Shown piece by piece: positions 37,361 through 47,651 of a DNA stretch of 64,000 nt. The position numbers and the translations under genes are program-made. Source of the stretch: an uncultured delta proteobacterium (GTDB lineage: Bacteria; Desulfobacterota; Desulfobacteria; Desulfobacterales; JAHEIW01); the NCBI GenBank assembly GCA_963706575.1, contig CAVPNL010000003.1, positions 416,001-480,000 on the forward strand, read 5' to 3'. Position 1 is the stretch's first letter. Each line of letters begins with the position of its first letter. Under the pieces are notes generated by a model, which saw only the letters and a list, made by a program, of their open reading frames with translations, made no database searches and was not told the origin of the DNA.

Positions 37361-38532
37361 TGGATGTGAACCCCTATACAGCATCAAAGGATTACCAGCT
37401 GGATGAACCGCTGGCGCCCAAACGGACCCGTTTCGAGGAGTTCTGGCGTCTTTTCAAGCAAAACAAACTGGCAATAGCAGGAATGGTTTTTTTCATCCTA
37501 TTCTTTGTCGTTGCCATCATCGGTCTGGCATTGACCTCCGGTAATGACCCTTTTCTCGATCCTGCCCAGGTGCGCCTGCAGGAAAAGTTACGTCCACCAC
37601 TGACAAAGCCCAATTTTGAAATGCTGCAGCCCAACGAAGTCCCGACGCTGGGCATCTATATATTTGGAACCGATGACCTGGGGCGCGATGTCTTTGCCAG
37701 AATGCTTCAGGGTTCCTGGGTATCGTTGACCGTCGGCTTTGTGGCAGTGGGCATCGCTATTATTATCGGGATATTCCTGGGCGGAATAGCAGGCTATTAC
37801 GGCCAACGCCATATTCAGATCAACCAGCTGATTGTCGGCGGATTTTTAGCCGCAGGCCTGCTCTTAATAATCTTTGGTCTTTTTTGGGTGGGTGTGGTGC
37901 TTTTAATTGTCAGTTCAGCCTGCAATATATTATCGTTTTTGATAAAAAAATCAGCTGACACCAAAGCCAAACCCGCCTGGAAACGCCTCTGGTACTTCAA
38001 TACCATCTCGGTCGATACGCTGATTATGCGCTTTGTGGATATCATGCTGTGTTTCCCCAGCTTTTTCTTGATTCTCACGGTCGTGGCGCTGCTGCCGGCC
38101 AGCATTTACAATATTATGATCATCATTGGATTAACGAGCTGGATGGGAACCACGCGGTTTGTGCGTGCAGAATTTCTTTCATTGCGGGAACAGGATTTTG
38201 TGGCCGCCGCCCGGGCACTGGGACTGAACGATTATCGAATCATCTTTCGCCATATGATGCCCAATGCCGTTGCACCGGTGTTGGTTTCGGCAACGATCGG
38301 TATTGCATCCGCGATTTTAACCGAAGCCGGTCTAAGTTTTCTCGGATTCGGCGTCCCACCCCCGCATGCCACCTGGGGAAATATTTTATCAGGCGGTAAA
38401 GGATTTATTTTTGATGCCCCCTGGCTGACCTTCGTGCCGGGATTCGCCATATTGATTGTGGTACTATCCTTTAACCTTTTTGGAGAAGGCTTACGCGACG
38501 TGTTGAATCCGAAGCTGCGCGAAAGACAATAA
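37360..38532 (+). CDS. Peptide ABC transporter permease (OppC/DppC-like) with two extra TM segments
   Basis: GTDDLGRD, FVAAARALG, EAGLSFLG and FNLFGEGLRD motifs. Confidence 0.93.
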   Translation: MDVNPYTASKDYQLDEPLAPKRTRFEEFWRLFKQNKLAIAGMVFFILFFVVAIIGLALTSGNDPFLDPAQVRLQEKLRPPLTKPNFEMLQPNEVPTLGIYIFGTDDLGRDVFARMLQGSWVSLTVGFVAVGIAIIIGIFLGGIAGYYGQRHIQINQLIVGGFLAAGLLLIIFGLFWVGVVLLIVSSACNILSFLIKKSADTKAKPAWKRLWYFNTISVDTLIMRFVDIMLCFPSFFLILTVVALLPASIYNIMIIIGLTSWMGTTRFVRAEFLSLREQDFVAAARALGLNDYRIIFRHMMPNAVAPVLVSATIGIASAILTEAGLSFLGFGVPPPHATWGNILSGGKGFIFDAPWLTFVPGFAILIVVLSFNLFGEGLRDVLNPKLRERQ

Positions 38533-38534
38533 AG

Positions 38535-38700
38535 AAATGACTAAAATTTAAAATGCCTAAAATTGTAAAATTATGTCTTTTGAATTCTTGTATTAAATAA
38601 TGCTATCGGTGTGTACGGTAAATTATGAGACAAAAAAAGAGGGAGCGAAGCGAAACCATAACTTTAGGCATTTTAGACATTTTAGGTCATTTTAGGCATT
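38535..38700. repeat. Inverted ~9-mer array (AAAATGCCT / TTTTAGGCA), same family as 57162-57331
   Basis: aaatgactaaaatttaaaatgcctaaaatt ... ggagcgaagcgaaaccataactttaggcattttagacattttaggtcattttaggcatt. Confidence 0.85.
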
Positions 38701-38752
38701 GGTAGCATTATTGTCTGCCTGGAGAACGTTTACCAAAGACGCCAACACTTAA

Positions 38753-39769
38753 ATGGTTATGAAAACCTTGAATAACGAAATCTTGCTTTCCGTAGAAGAT
38801 TTAAAAGTTTACTTTCGCAGTGAGGATGAAGTTGCACGGGCTGTAGATGGCGTCAGCTTCGATGTACGCAGGGAAGAAACCATCTGCCTGGTGGGTGAGT
38901 CCGGTTGCGGTAAAACTGTAACCGCCCTCAGCGTAATGGGTCTGGTGCCGATCCCGCCCGGCGAAATTGCAGACGGCAGAGTTTTATTTCGCGATCAAAA
39001 CCTGCTGGATTTCAATGACAGCGAAATGCAAAAAATCCGCGGCAATCAGATTGCCATGGTATTTCAGGAACCCCTGACATCCTTGAATCCGGTCTTTACC
39101 ATCGGCGATCAGATCGGCGAGGCCATTCGCACGCATGAAGACGTACCCGAGAGCGAGGTCACCGGTCGCAGCGAGCAACTATTAAAAGACGTCGGTATCG
39201 CTTCGCCGGCAGAGCGCCTAAGTGATTATCCCCATCAACTCAGCGGCGGGCAGCGTCAGCGCGTCATGATTGCCATGGCCCTGGCCTGCAGCCCGGACTT
39301 GATCATCGCTGATGAGCCCACCACGGCGCTGGATGTCACTGTACAGGCCCAAATTTTGCGCCTGCTGGGCTCAATTCAAAAACAACGCTCGATGTCGGTT
39401 TTGTATATCACCCATGACCTGGGTGTGGTCTCAAAGATAGCCGATCGCGTGAGCGTCATGTATGCCGGCATCATCGCAGAACAGGGAAACCGGCAAGATA
39501 TTTTCAAAAACCCAAAACATCCCTACACTCAGGCGCTGCTGGCATCGCTTCCCAATCGAGAAAAAAGGGGCCAGCGGCTATACAGCATCCCGGGAACGGT
39601 GCCAAATCCGGCCTATAAACCCAGTGGTTGCCCATTTCATCCGCGGTGCCAATACGCAATTCAAAACTGCCGTGAACAATACCCGGGAATGTGTGGTTAC
39701 GGAGACGGACACAACGCGCGCTGTCCGGTAATTTTCGATGGCGGTCAGGAAAATTGGGGTAAGCAATAG
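38753..39769 (+). CDS. Peptide ABC transporter ATP-binding protein (OppD-like)
   Basis: [28 protein letters not shown] and GCPFHPRC motifs. Confidence 0.95.
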   Translation: MVMKTLNNEILLSVEDLKVYFRSEDEVARAVDGVSFDVRREETICLVGESGCGKTVTALSVMGLVPIPPGEIADGRVLFRDQNLLDFNDSEMQKIRGNQIAMVFQEPLTSLNPVFTIGDQIGEAIRTHEDVPESEVTGRSEQLLKDVGIASPAERLSDYPHQLSGGQRQRVMIAMALACSPDLIIADEPTTALDVTVQAQILRLLGSIQKQRSMSVLYITHDLGVVSKIADRVSVMYAGIIAEQGNRQDIFKNPKHPYTQALLASLPNREKRGQRLYSIPGTVPNPAYKPSGCPFHPRCQYAIQNCREQYPGMCGYGDGHNARCPVIFDGGQENWGKQ

Positions 39770-39788
39770 AATGAAATGGGGCAATCTT

Positions 39789-39894
39789 GATTTTGGAATT
39801 TCGATTTTGGATTTTGGATTGAAAGGGCTGGGAATTGATGCGTTGTGATTTAGTCGGTGGTTAAATCCAAAATCCGAGATCTAAAATCCAAAAT
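39789..39894. repeat. Inverted heptamer array (GATTTTG / AATCCAA)
   Basis: gattttg-gaatttc-gattttg-gattttg-gatt ... aatccaa-aatccga-gatctaa-aatccaa. Confidence 0.85.
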
Positions 39895-40929
39895 ATGAAT
39901 GAATTCGATTATCTTATGAATGAAATTTCATCACGCAATGCCACCATTCTTCAGGTTGAAGATCTGAAAAAATACTTTCCTATCCGCAGAGGATTTTTCC
40001 AGCGGATTGCCAGCTGGGTCCGGGCGGTGGAAAACGTATCCTTTATGATCAAAGGCGGCAAAACGCTTGGGCTGGTGGGTGAAAGCGGATGCGGCAAAAC
40101 AACGGTTGCCAGGCTAATCTTAAAACTCTTAGAAGCTGACGAAGGTAAAATTTTCTTTGCCGGGCAGGATATCACCGATCTTAGCGAAGCGGAAATGAAG
40201 CCCTTGCGTAAAGAAATCCAGATCATCTTTCAAGATCCTTACGGCTCTTTGAATCCAAGAATGACCGTCGGTCAATCCATTGCCGAGGGACTTAAAATCG
40301 CCGGCATTGATAATCGCACAGAGATGCAACAGCGCCTTGAAAAACTCCTGAAAATGGTCGGCATGTCACCGGCCGCCATCGATCGCTTCCCGCATGAATT
40401 CAGCGGCGGTCAGCGCCAGAGAATCGGCATTGCGCGCGCATTAAGTGTGGAACCGGCCTTGATTATTTGTGACGAGCCCGTATCGGCACTGGATGTATCG
40501 ATCCAGGCCCAGATCATTAACCTTTTAAAAGACCTGCAGACACAGCTGAACCTGAGTTACCTTTTTATCTCCCATGATCTAAATGTGGTGGGCTATCTTT
40601 GCGATATGGTGGCGGTGATGTACAAGGGCCATATTATGGAATATTCACCCGCCGATGAGCTCTTTGACAATCCCGTACACCCCTATACCCATCTGCTGCT
40701 TTCCGCCATTCCGGGCTCCGCACGAAGCCCGATAAAAGGCATGAATGCGATAGGAGATGAGCCTGCGAACACCCTGAACCCACCTGCCGGCTGCAGCTTC
40801 CAGGATCGCTGCCCCATCAGTGAAAACCGCTGCAAAAAATCCCTCATTGATTTTGAAAAAATCGGCGAAGACCATCTGGTTCGCTGCTGGAAAACGGTCA
40901 AAGACGGCTCTTATCAATTTTTCTCTTGA
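39895..40929 (+). CDS. Peptide ABC transporter ATP-binding protein (OppF-like)
   Basis: [16 protein letters not shown] and DEPVSALDVS motifs; start could be ATG 39916. Confidence 0.95.
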   Translation: MNEFDYLMNEISSRNATILQVEDLKKYFPIRRGFFQRIASWVRAVENVSFMIKGGKTLGLVGESGCGKTTVARLILKLLEADEGKIFFAGQDITDLSEAEMKPLRKEIQIIFQDPYGSLNPRMTVGQSIAEGLKIAGIDNRTEMQQRLEKLLKMVGMSPAAIDRFPHEFSGGQRQRIGIARALSVEPALIICDEPVSALDVSIQAQIINLLKDLQTQLNLSYLFISHDLNVVGYLCDMVAVMYKGHIMEYSPADELFDNPVHPYTHLLLSAIPGSARSPIKGMNAIGDEPANTLNPPAGCSFQDRCPISENRCKKSLIDFEKIGEDHLVRCWKTVKDGSYQFFS

Positions 40930-41006
40930 TTCCTTCCGAAAAATTTTTAATTTTAATCAGCAAGGCGCCATGCTAAAAGAATAGCAACGCGAAAGGAAAC
41001 CGATAC

Positions 41007-42206
41007 GTGTACAACACCGATACCAATACCCCTCAGTCTGAAATCGATCAAAGGATTGAAAAATTAAGAAACCAGCTTGAGGAGAACAATATTGGCGCCG
41101 CCCTGTTGGTTCAGCGGGCGGATCTGCTTTATTTTGCAGGAAGCGTTCAAGAAGCCCATCTTTACGTGCCGGTTGATGAAGAACCGATTTTTATGGTTTT
41201 TAAAAGCCTAGACCGGGCGATTGCAGAATCATCATTGAGTCGCATTGTTCCTTTAGCCTCACCCAAGGCTGTACCTGATTTACTGGATCAGTACGGATAC
41301 AAAGTCCCACCCGTCATCGGAATGGAACTGGATGTTTTGCCCGCCAGCTTATTTTTTTCCTACCAAAAGGTATTTGAAGAAAAAAATCTGGTTGATATTT
41401 CCCATTTTATTCGGCTGGTAAGAGCCGTTAAATCTCCTTATGAAATTGATATGATGCGCCGGGCCGCTGAACGATCCGATCAGGTGGCCGCCTGCGTTCC
41501 AGAGCTTCTGCGCGAAGGAATGACCGAACTCGAACTGGCCGGAAAGGTTGAAGCTCAAGCCCGCAAACTGGGGCACCAGGGGATTGTTCGCATGCGTTAT
41601 TGGGGCGGGGAAGTGTTTTACGGGCACCTGATGGCCGGACCATCGGGTGCCGTACCCAGTTTCCCGCGCTCGCCTACCGGCGGCAGTGGTGCCAGCCCGG
41701 CAGTTGCCCAGGGTCCGGGTTTCAGACCCATCCAGCGTCATGAACCGGTGCTGGTAGACTATGTGTTTGCGCTAAACGGCTATTATTCGGACCATACCCG
41801 CATCTTTTCGATAGGAGAACCCGCCGCTGAGATGGTAGCGGCCCATACCGCCATGCTGGATGTTCAGGCCCTCATAAAAAGGGAAGCCAGACCGGGCGTT
41901 AAATCCGGCGATATTTATGAGCTGGCCATTGAGCGTACACGCACGCTGGGATACGATAAATATTTTATGGGGGTGGGCGAAGAACGCATCCGCTTTGTCG
42001 GGCATGGTATCGGTGTCGAGCTGGATGAATACCCTTTTTTGGCATCCGGCCAAACACTTGAACTTCAGGAGAATATGATCCTGGCACTGGAGCCCAAGTT
42101 GATTTTCCCGGGCCAAGGTGTCGTCGGCATTGAGAACACCCACCGGGTTACTGAAAACGGGTTAGAGCAATTCGGACATTTTCAGGATGAAATATTTGTT
42201 GTTTGA
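41007..42206 (+). CDS. M24-family (Xaa-Pro) peptidase
   Basis: Creatinase-like N-domain; R.VKS..EI, SDHTR, GHGIG, LEP and IEN metal-ligand motifs. Confidence 0.88.
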   Translation: MYNTDTNTPQSEIDQRIEKLRNQLEENNIGAALLVQRADLLYFAGSVQEAHLYVPVDEEPIFMVFKSLDRAIAESSLSRIVPLASPKAVPDLLDQYGYKVPPVIGMELDVLPASLFFSYQKVFEEKNLVDISHFIRLVRAVKSPYEIDMMRRAAERSDQVAACVPELLREGMTELELAGKVEAQARKLGHQGIVRMRYWGGEVFYGHLMAGPSGAVPSFPRSPTGGSGASPAVAQGPGFRPIQRHEPVLVDYVFALNGYYSDHTRIFSIGEPAAEMVAAHTAMLDVQALIKREARPGVKSGDIYELAIERTRTLGYDKYFMGVGEERIRFVGHGIGVELDEYPFLASGQTLELQENMILALEPKLIFPGQGVVGIENTHRVTENGLEQFGHFQDEIFVV

Positions 42207-42210
42207 CTTG

Positions 42211-42321
42211 AACCGCAGAATATCGAAGTAGGGCGGCCCTCTGCGGCCGCCATTCCCAGGCCGGCACAGAGGCCGGCCCTACTTCTGCGGTTGGACATTC
42301 CTTGTTCGATATTCGATATTC
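42211..42321. repeat. Heptamer array with a nested GTAG REP doublet (42228-42282)
   Basis: aaccgcagaatatcgaa[GTAGggcggccctctgcggccgcc-attccca-ggccggcacagaggccggccCTAC]ttctgcggtt...gatattc-gatattc. Confidence 0.8.
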
Positions 42322-42348
42322 AAAACAACATCTACGAGGTAAACCTTT

Positions 42349-43131
42349 ATGAATCCCCAAATATCTCCCAAAGAGTTAAGACAGCTTATCCGAAATCGAG
42401 AATGGACCAGCCCCACCAGTGGTGCGGCCAAAGGCTACCTTCAGGCCAACCTGGTCATGCTGCCGCGCGAGCAAGCATTTAATTTTTTGTTGTTTTGCGT
42501 GCGCAATCCCAAACCATGCCCGATTCTGGATGTGCTGGAACCCGGCCAGACTGAGCCCACAATTGCCCCCGGTGCCGACCTGCGAACGGACCTGCCGCGT
42601 TATTGTATTTTTGAAAACGGACAACTCAAAGAAGAAGTGGAAGATGTCAACGCGATGTTCAATGATGACATGGTGAGTTTTCTTTTGGGATGCAGTTTTT
42701 CTTTTGAAAACGCCATGCTGGCAGCCGGTTTGCCGATACGAAACCTGGAGGAAAATAAAAATGTTTCGATGTATATCACCCGCATCCCCTGCCAACCGGC
42801 CGGTCCTTTTTCAACTTCACTGGTGGTAACCATGCGACCCATGACGCCGGAGCAGTCGATACGGGCCGTTCAGGTCACCACCAGATTTCACCTGACCCAC
42901 GGTGCACCGGTACACATCGGTTCACCTGAGGCCATCGGCATAAAGGATCTGAATCGCCCACAATTCGGCGACCCCGTGACCATTCGGGACGGGGAAATAC
43001 CCTTGTTTTGGGCCTGCGGTGTCACCTCTCAGCTGGCTGCCACCTCGGCCTCCCTGCCGCTGGTGATCACCCACGCGCCGGGGCACATGTTTGTTTCCGA
43101 TCTGAGAGACGAAGATTTGACCCTTCTCTGA
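42349..43131 (+). CDS. Putative hydro-lyase, DUF1445/YcsI (D-glutamate cyclase-like)
   Basis: QANLV.LP, NPKPCP, DLRTDLPRY, GCSFSFE, HGAPVHIG, FWACGVT and THAPGHMF motifs. Confidence 0.9.
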   Translation: MNPQISPKELRQLIRNREWTSPTSGAAKGYLQANLVMLPREQAFNFLLFCVRNPKPCPILDVLEPGQTEPTIAPGADLRTDLPRYCIFENGQLKEEVEDVNAMFNDDMVSFLLGCSFSFENAMLAAGLPIRNLEENKNVSMYITRIPCQPAGPFSTSLVVTMRPMTPEQSIRAVQVTTRFHLTHGAPVHIGSPEAIGIKDLNRPQFGDPVTIRDGEIPLFWACGVTSQLAATSASLPLVITHAPGHMFVSDLRDEDLTLL

Positions 43132-43234
43132 AACGTCAAGCCGCTTTCTAGTATTATGTCCCACAAAAATGTTACAAAAGCCGTGTAATATATTTTAGTG
43201 CAGCTGAGTTCTTTAAACAACACAGTGTCTATGA

Positions 43235-43346
43235 TTTCTGGTGTCAGTGTTCAGGCGTCAGCGTTTTGGCCACTGGCTTCTTGCTTCTGGCCAGAAAGCA
43301 GTGACCAGAAGCCAGTAGCCAGAGGTTTACTGACACCCGACACCTG
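43235..43346. repeat. Two nested inverted heptamer arrays (outer GGTGTCA/TGACACC, inner CTGGCTT/CCAGAAG)
   Basis: ggtgtcagtgttcaggcgtcag [ctggcttcttgcttctgg|ccagaaagcagtgaccagaagccagtagccag] ctgacacccgacacctg. Confidence 0.8.
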
Positions 43347-43392
43347 CTGAATATCTTCAGAATCCGTCCATGTCGCCTTTCCTGATTACGCC

Positions 43393-43421
43393 TTGACAGG
43401 CCACCATGATTTCTATATGGT
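43393..43421 (+). promoter_or_regulatory. Putative sigma70 promoter of the Liv-type operon
   Basis: TTGACA-17 nt-TATGGT. Confidence 0.5.
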
Positions 43422-43590
43422 TTCTGAATCTCAGTCATAAATTAATTCTGCCGCCAAATCCGCCAAAATAGTCTTCAGTTGCTTTAATATTGGTTGCAGT
43501 GCCAGCTATTTTATAACGTTTTTGAATGATAAGCAATCCAGGTAATTGGTACTAACCTTTAGGTCTATCCCATAATAAGGAGGTATTCTC

Positions 43591-44892
43591 ATGAAATCAG
43601 CATTCAGATTTTTGAGCGTTCTATTAATCCTCGGCCTGATCGTACCTGCGGGTGCGCTGGCTGAAAAGGAAATTAAGATCGGCGCGATATATCCGCTGAC
43701 CGGGGGTGCTGCAGCAGCCGGCCGCGAGCTACGCGCCGGTGCGGAGCTGGCAGCCGAGATTGCCAACAACGTCATGACAGATATCAATATGAGCATGGCT
43801 AAAAACAGCGGCATCAAAAGCATGGGGGGTGCCAAAATTACAATCATTTTCAAAGATCATGAAGGCAATCCCACCCTTGGTGCCGACCTGGCCAAGAAAT
43901 TGATCTTAGATGACAAGGTAGACGGACTTTTAGGTTGCTACCACAGTTCGGTGACCAAAACCGTCAGTGCGGTAGCCGAACAGCATGGTGTCCCCATGAT
44001 CAATGGGACTTCCACATCACCAGCTCTGACAAAACGCGGCTTCAAATGGTTCTGGCGAACCACCCCCCATGATGTTTGGTTTACCAAGGATCTTTTCGAG
44101 TTTTTAGTTGGCCTGTCCGGAGGCAAGGTGCAAGGTGTCAAGTCATTTCCAAAAAAAGAACTGTTAAATATTGCATCAGCCTGTGAAAACAGCGAGTGGG
44201 GGTCATTTGTATCAGCGTTGATCAAAGATTTTGCGAGTGAATACAAATTTAATTTGAACAAATCTCTTCTTTATTCAGCAAAGGCACCGGATCTATCAAG
44301 CGAAGTCCGCTCCTTGAAAGCAGCCAAGCCAGATGTAATGATGTTTGCTTCCTATACCTCTGATGCCATTCTGATGGTCAAGACTTTAAAGGCCCAGAAA
44401 GTTCAACCCAAGATCATCTGGGGTCAAGACGCTGGATTTGAAAAGCCTGAATTCCGCAGCACCCTGGGTGATAGTATTGTCGGCATTCTGACACGGACCG
44501 TGTTTCTGCCCAAAGTGGTGGACATTAAACCAGTAGCCGGCCAGGTCAACACGCTTTACAGGACCAAAACCCAAAATGACCTCGGCGGTGCTTCGGCCCG
44601 GGCGTTTACCGGGCTGCAAACATGGGTGCATGTGCTTGAAAAAGCAGGTTCTACCAAGCCGGCCGATATTCAGCGCGCAGCCAATGCCATTAATATACCT
44701 GGAGCGGAATTAGTGGTGCCCTGGGCCGGTATTAAATTTTCCACTTCAGGGGACGAAATGGGCCAGAATACACTGGGCTCCGGCCTCATCGGTCAATACC
44801 AGAAAGGCTCGGATGGTCAGCTCGTGCTGGAGATCGTCTATCCATTTGATGTCGCTTCAGCCGACATGATCTATCCCTTCCCACAATTTTAG
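43591..44892 (+). CDS. HAAT/Liv-type ABC transporter substrate-binding protein
   Basis: Signal peptide; IKIGAIYPLTG, GCYHSSVT and FWRTTP motifs. Confidence 0.9.
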   Translation: MKSAFRFLSVLLILGLIVPAGALAEKEIKIGAIYPLTGGAAAAGRELRAGAELAAEIANNVMTDINMSMAKNSGIKSMGGAKITIIFKDHEGNPTLGADLAKKLILDDKVDGLLGCYHSSVTKTVSAVAEQHGVPMINGTSTSPALTKRGFKWFWRTTPHDVWFTKDLFEFLVGLSGGKVQGVKSFPKKELLNIASACENSEWGSFVSALIKDFASEYKFNLNKSLLYSAKAPDLSSEVRSLKAAKPDVMMFASYTSDAILMVKTLKAQKVQPKIIWGQDAGFEKPEFRSTLGDSIVGILTRTVFLPKVVDIKPVAGQVNTLYRTKTQNDLGGASARAFTGLQTWVHVLEKAGSTKPADIQRAANAINIPGAELVVPWAGIKFSTSGDEMGQNTLGSGLIGQYQKGSDGQLVLEIVYPFDVASADMIYPFPQF

Positions 44893-44918
44893 GCCGAAAC
44901 CAAGGCCGACATCTGACC

Positions 44919-44953
44919 TCCCGTCCCTTTATTTTCCCAATAAAGGGACGGGA
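44919..44953. promoter_or_regulatory. Intercistronic stem-loop after the SBP gene
   Basis: Perfect 15-bp stem tcccgtccctttatt/aataaagggacggga with no U tract. Confidence 0.7.
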
Positions 44954-44992
44954 CAGGATGCGTATAATCTTTCAGAAATATTTTAAATTACA

Positions 44993-45907
44993 ATGGATAT
45001 TCTTCTAAGTTCAATAGTTGCTGGTCTTCTGTTTGGTATGGTTCTTGCCATAGTAGCGTTGGGCCTGACGATCATTTTCGGTGTGATGGATATTGTCAAC
45101 TTTGCCCACGGCGAATTTTTAATGATCGGCATGTATACCGGCCTGTTGACGGCTCAAGCTACCGGTTTGGAACCGCTGCTTACCTTACCGGTGGCGGCTG
45201 CTGTTGGCTTTCTGCTGGGCGTTCTTTGTTATTTTGGTTTTATTAAATTTCTGTTAAGAGGCCCCATGATCGCCCAGCTGCTCGGCACCTTTGGCCTGAT
45301 GCTGTTTTTGCGGAATCTGGCCCTGCTGATCTTTGGATCCGAAGACCGTGCGCTTCATCACGGGGTGCTGGTGGGAAAAAGCTTTGATATCGGAATGGGG
45401 ATTATTCTTCCGGCCACCAAATTGGCTGCGGCCGGGTTGTCCGTGGTCGCCTTTTGGGGGGTCTGGATTCTTATGAACCGGACTAAAATCGGCAATGCAT
45501 TGAGAGCCACCGCTTTGAATGCTCAGGGCGCACGTTACATGGGGATTCCCACCGAACGCATGAACGCGTTGGCCTGGGGTATTGGCGGGGGGACGGTAAC
45601 CGTTGCCGGGGCACTGATTGTCAACTTCTGGTCGGTCAACCCCTTTATGGGATTGTTGTTCACCATGATCGCCTTCGCCATTGTGGCGCTGGGTGGTTTC
45701 GGCAGTGTGCCCGGTGCATTTTTTGCCGGGCTGGTGGTCGGAATGATAACTGAAATTCCAGGCTTCTGGGACTTTATGACGTACACATTCAATCTGGACT
45801 GGATGGCAAATGTTCCCATGACCTCGTTTAAATACATGTGGGTGTATCTGGCCTATTTCTTGATCATGGTGGTTCGTCCCAGGGGGTTGTTTGGATGGAA
45901 ACAATAA
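44993..45907 (+). CDS. Liv-type ABC permease (LivH-like)
   Basis: GLTIIFGVMDIVNFAHGE and LGGFGS motifs. Confidence 0.92.
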   Translation: MDILLSSIVAGLLFGMVLAIVALGLTIIFGVMDIVNFAHGEFLMIGMYTGLLTAQATGLEPLLTLPVAAAVGFLLGVLCYFGFIKFLLRGPMIAQLLGTFGLMLFLRNLALLIFGSEDRALHHGVLVGKSFDIGMGIILPATKLAAAGLSVVAFWGVWILMNRTKIGNALRATALNAQGARYMGIPTERMNALAWGIGGGTVTVAGALIVNFWSVNPFMGLLFTMIAFAIVALGGFGSVPGAFFAGLVVGMITEIPGFWDFMTYTFNLDWMANVPMTSFKYMWVYLAYFLIMVVRPRGLFGWKQ

Positions 45908-46902
45908 AAAACGCCTTGGATTTTTCGGATTTTCCCCGTATCGATCTAATTATTGCCACAACGGTCTTGATTTTCTTGTTAACCTTCCCGCTGTTATCTC
46001 ATTCTGCATATGCTACAGCAACCGCAATCCAGTTTTTTATGTTCTCCCTGTATGGGATGGGTTGGAACACCATCGGAGGGTACGGGGGCCAGGTGGATCT
46101 GGGTAAAGCTCAGTATGTCGGGATCGGGGCTTATACAACGGCTGTGATGCTGATCCGCTGGGACATTCCTTTCTGGATATCCATGCCCATCGGAATGTGC
46201 CTGGCAGTGGGCTGGTCCTTTATCATCGGTTATCCCCTCTTTCGCTTAAAAGGTCATTATTTTGCCATTGCCACCATCGCCACCTCCCTGGTACTCAAGG
46301 CGCTCTTCGAAGTCTGGGCTTTTGTAGGCGCAGCAAGAGGGCTGGAGATATCCCCAATCAAATACACCCCTCCTGATTTTCTGCGACTTATTTTCAAAGA
46401 CGATATTTATTACTACTATGTTATTCTAGGATTTTTCATTTTAGGAATTTTCTACATGAACTGGTTCCGCAAATCCCGTCTGGGATTTCAGCTGCGTTGC
46501 ATCAAGGATAACGAGGATGTAGCCCGATCGCTAGGTATAAACGTGCGCTGGGCCAAGGTCAAAACCTACGCGATTGCCACGGCCTTTGTCAGCCTCGTTG
46601 GATCCTTCCACGCGTGTTATATTAAGGCCATTGAGCCTGAAGACACTATGAGTTTGGACATTTCAATCCTGATAGCCCTGATGGCCATGCTCGGTGGGGC
46701 CGGTTCATTGTGGGGACCGATTATCGGTGCCGGTATTTTAATACCGCTTAAAAGTTATCTCAAGGAGTGGCTGGGTGCTACAGCCGGTCTGGTGGGAATC
46801 GACCTAATCATTTATGCATTGATTATCATGCTCGTGTCAGCGTTCGAACCCCGAGGAATATGGGGCATCATTGACAAGGTCCGGCGGAGGAAACGCAAGT
46901 AA
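45895..46902 (+). CDS. Liv-type ABC permease (LivM-like)
   Basis: GYGGQVDLG, RLKGHYFAIAT and GGAGSLWGP motifs; start set at ATG 45895. Confidence 0.92.
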   Translation: METIKNALDFSDFPRIDLIIATTVLIFLLTFPLLSHSAYATATAIQFFMFSLYGMGWNTIGGYGGQVDLGKAQYVGIGAYTTAVMLIRWDIPFWISMPIGMCLAVGWSFIIGYPLFRLKGHYFAIATIATSLVLKALFEVWAFVGAARGLEISPIKYTPPDFLRLIFKDDIYYYYVILGFFILGIFYMNWFRKSRLGFQLRCIKDNEDVARSLGINVRWAKVKTYAIATAFVSLVGSFHACYIKAIEPEDTMSLDISILIALMAMLGGAGSLWGPIIGAGILIPLKSYLKEWLGATAGLVGIDLIIYALIIMLVSAFEPRGIWGIIDKVRRRKRK

Positions 46903-47648
46903 TGGCACTACTCGAAGTAAACAATGTAACCAAAGATTTTGGCGGATTAAGGGCCAACGACGATATTTCCTTCTGCTTTGATAAGGGAGAATTGCTTGGA
47001 TTGATCGGCCCCAATGGGGCCGGTAAAACCACGCTGTTTAACTGCATATCGGGATTGTATCCGACAACCTCTGGGGAAATAATCTTTGATGGTGAGGACA
47101 TTACCGAATTAAAGGCCCATGAAGTTGCCAGACACGGCCTTGCCCGCACATTTCAGGTATACGTAGCGGCAGGGGATCTGACGGTGGAAGAAAATGTCAT
47201 GGTGGGTTGTTTTATGCGCACCCGGTCCCGATCCGAAGCCAAATCCCGTGCGGCTAAAATTTTAGAGTTTATGAAGCTGCGAGATCTGACCGACTATCTG
47301 GTCAGTGAACTTCCGGTGGCTGCCCAGAAGCGGGTCACCATGGCGACCGCACTGGGTTCGCGCCCCAAACTGTTGTTGCTCGATGAAGTTGCCGCCGGTT
47401 TGAATCCCAGTGAAATCGAGGATATTATGGCCAGCATCAGAAGTGTCCACGAAGAAATGGGCGTCACGGTGATGCTGATTGAACATGTCATGGAACTGGT
47501 GATGAAAATCAGTGACCGCGTTATTGTACTAGATTATGGTGAAAAAATCGCAGACGGCAACCCGGCCGAAGTCGCCAAGGACCCGAAGGTGATCAAGGCC
47601 TATCTGGGAGAACGCTATGTCAAAGCGCATGCACAGGAGTTGAGTTGA
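46902..47648 (+). CDS. Liv-type ABC ATP-binding protein (LivG-like)
   Basis: GPNGAGKTT, ARTFQ, LLDEVAAG and AYLG motifs. Confidence 0.93.
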   Translation: MALLEVNNVTKDFGGLRANDDISFCFDKGELLGLIGPNGAGKTTLFNCISGLYPTTSGEIIFDGEDITELKAHEVARHGLARTFQVYVAAGDLTVEENVMVGCFMRTRSRSEAKSRAAKILEFMKLRDLTDYLVSELPVAAQKRVTMATALGSRPKLLLLDEVAAGLNPSEIEDIMASIRSVHEEMGVTVMLIEHVMELVMKISDRVIVLDYGEKIADGNPAEVAKDPKVIKAYLGERYVKAHAQELS

Positions 47649-47651
47649 GAT

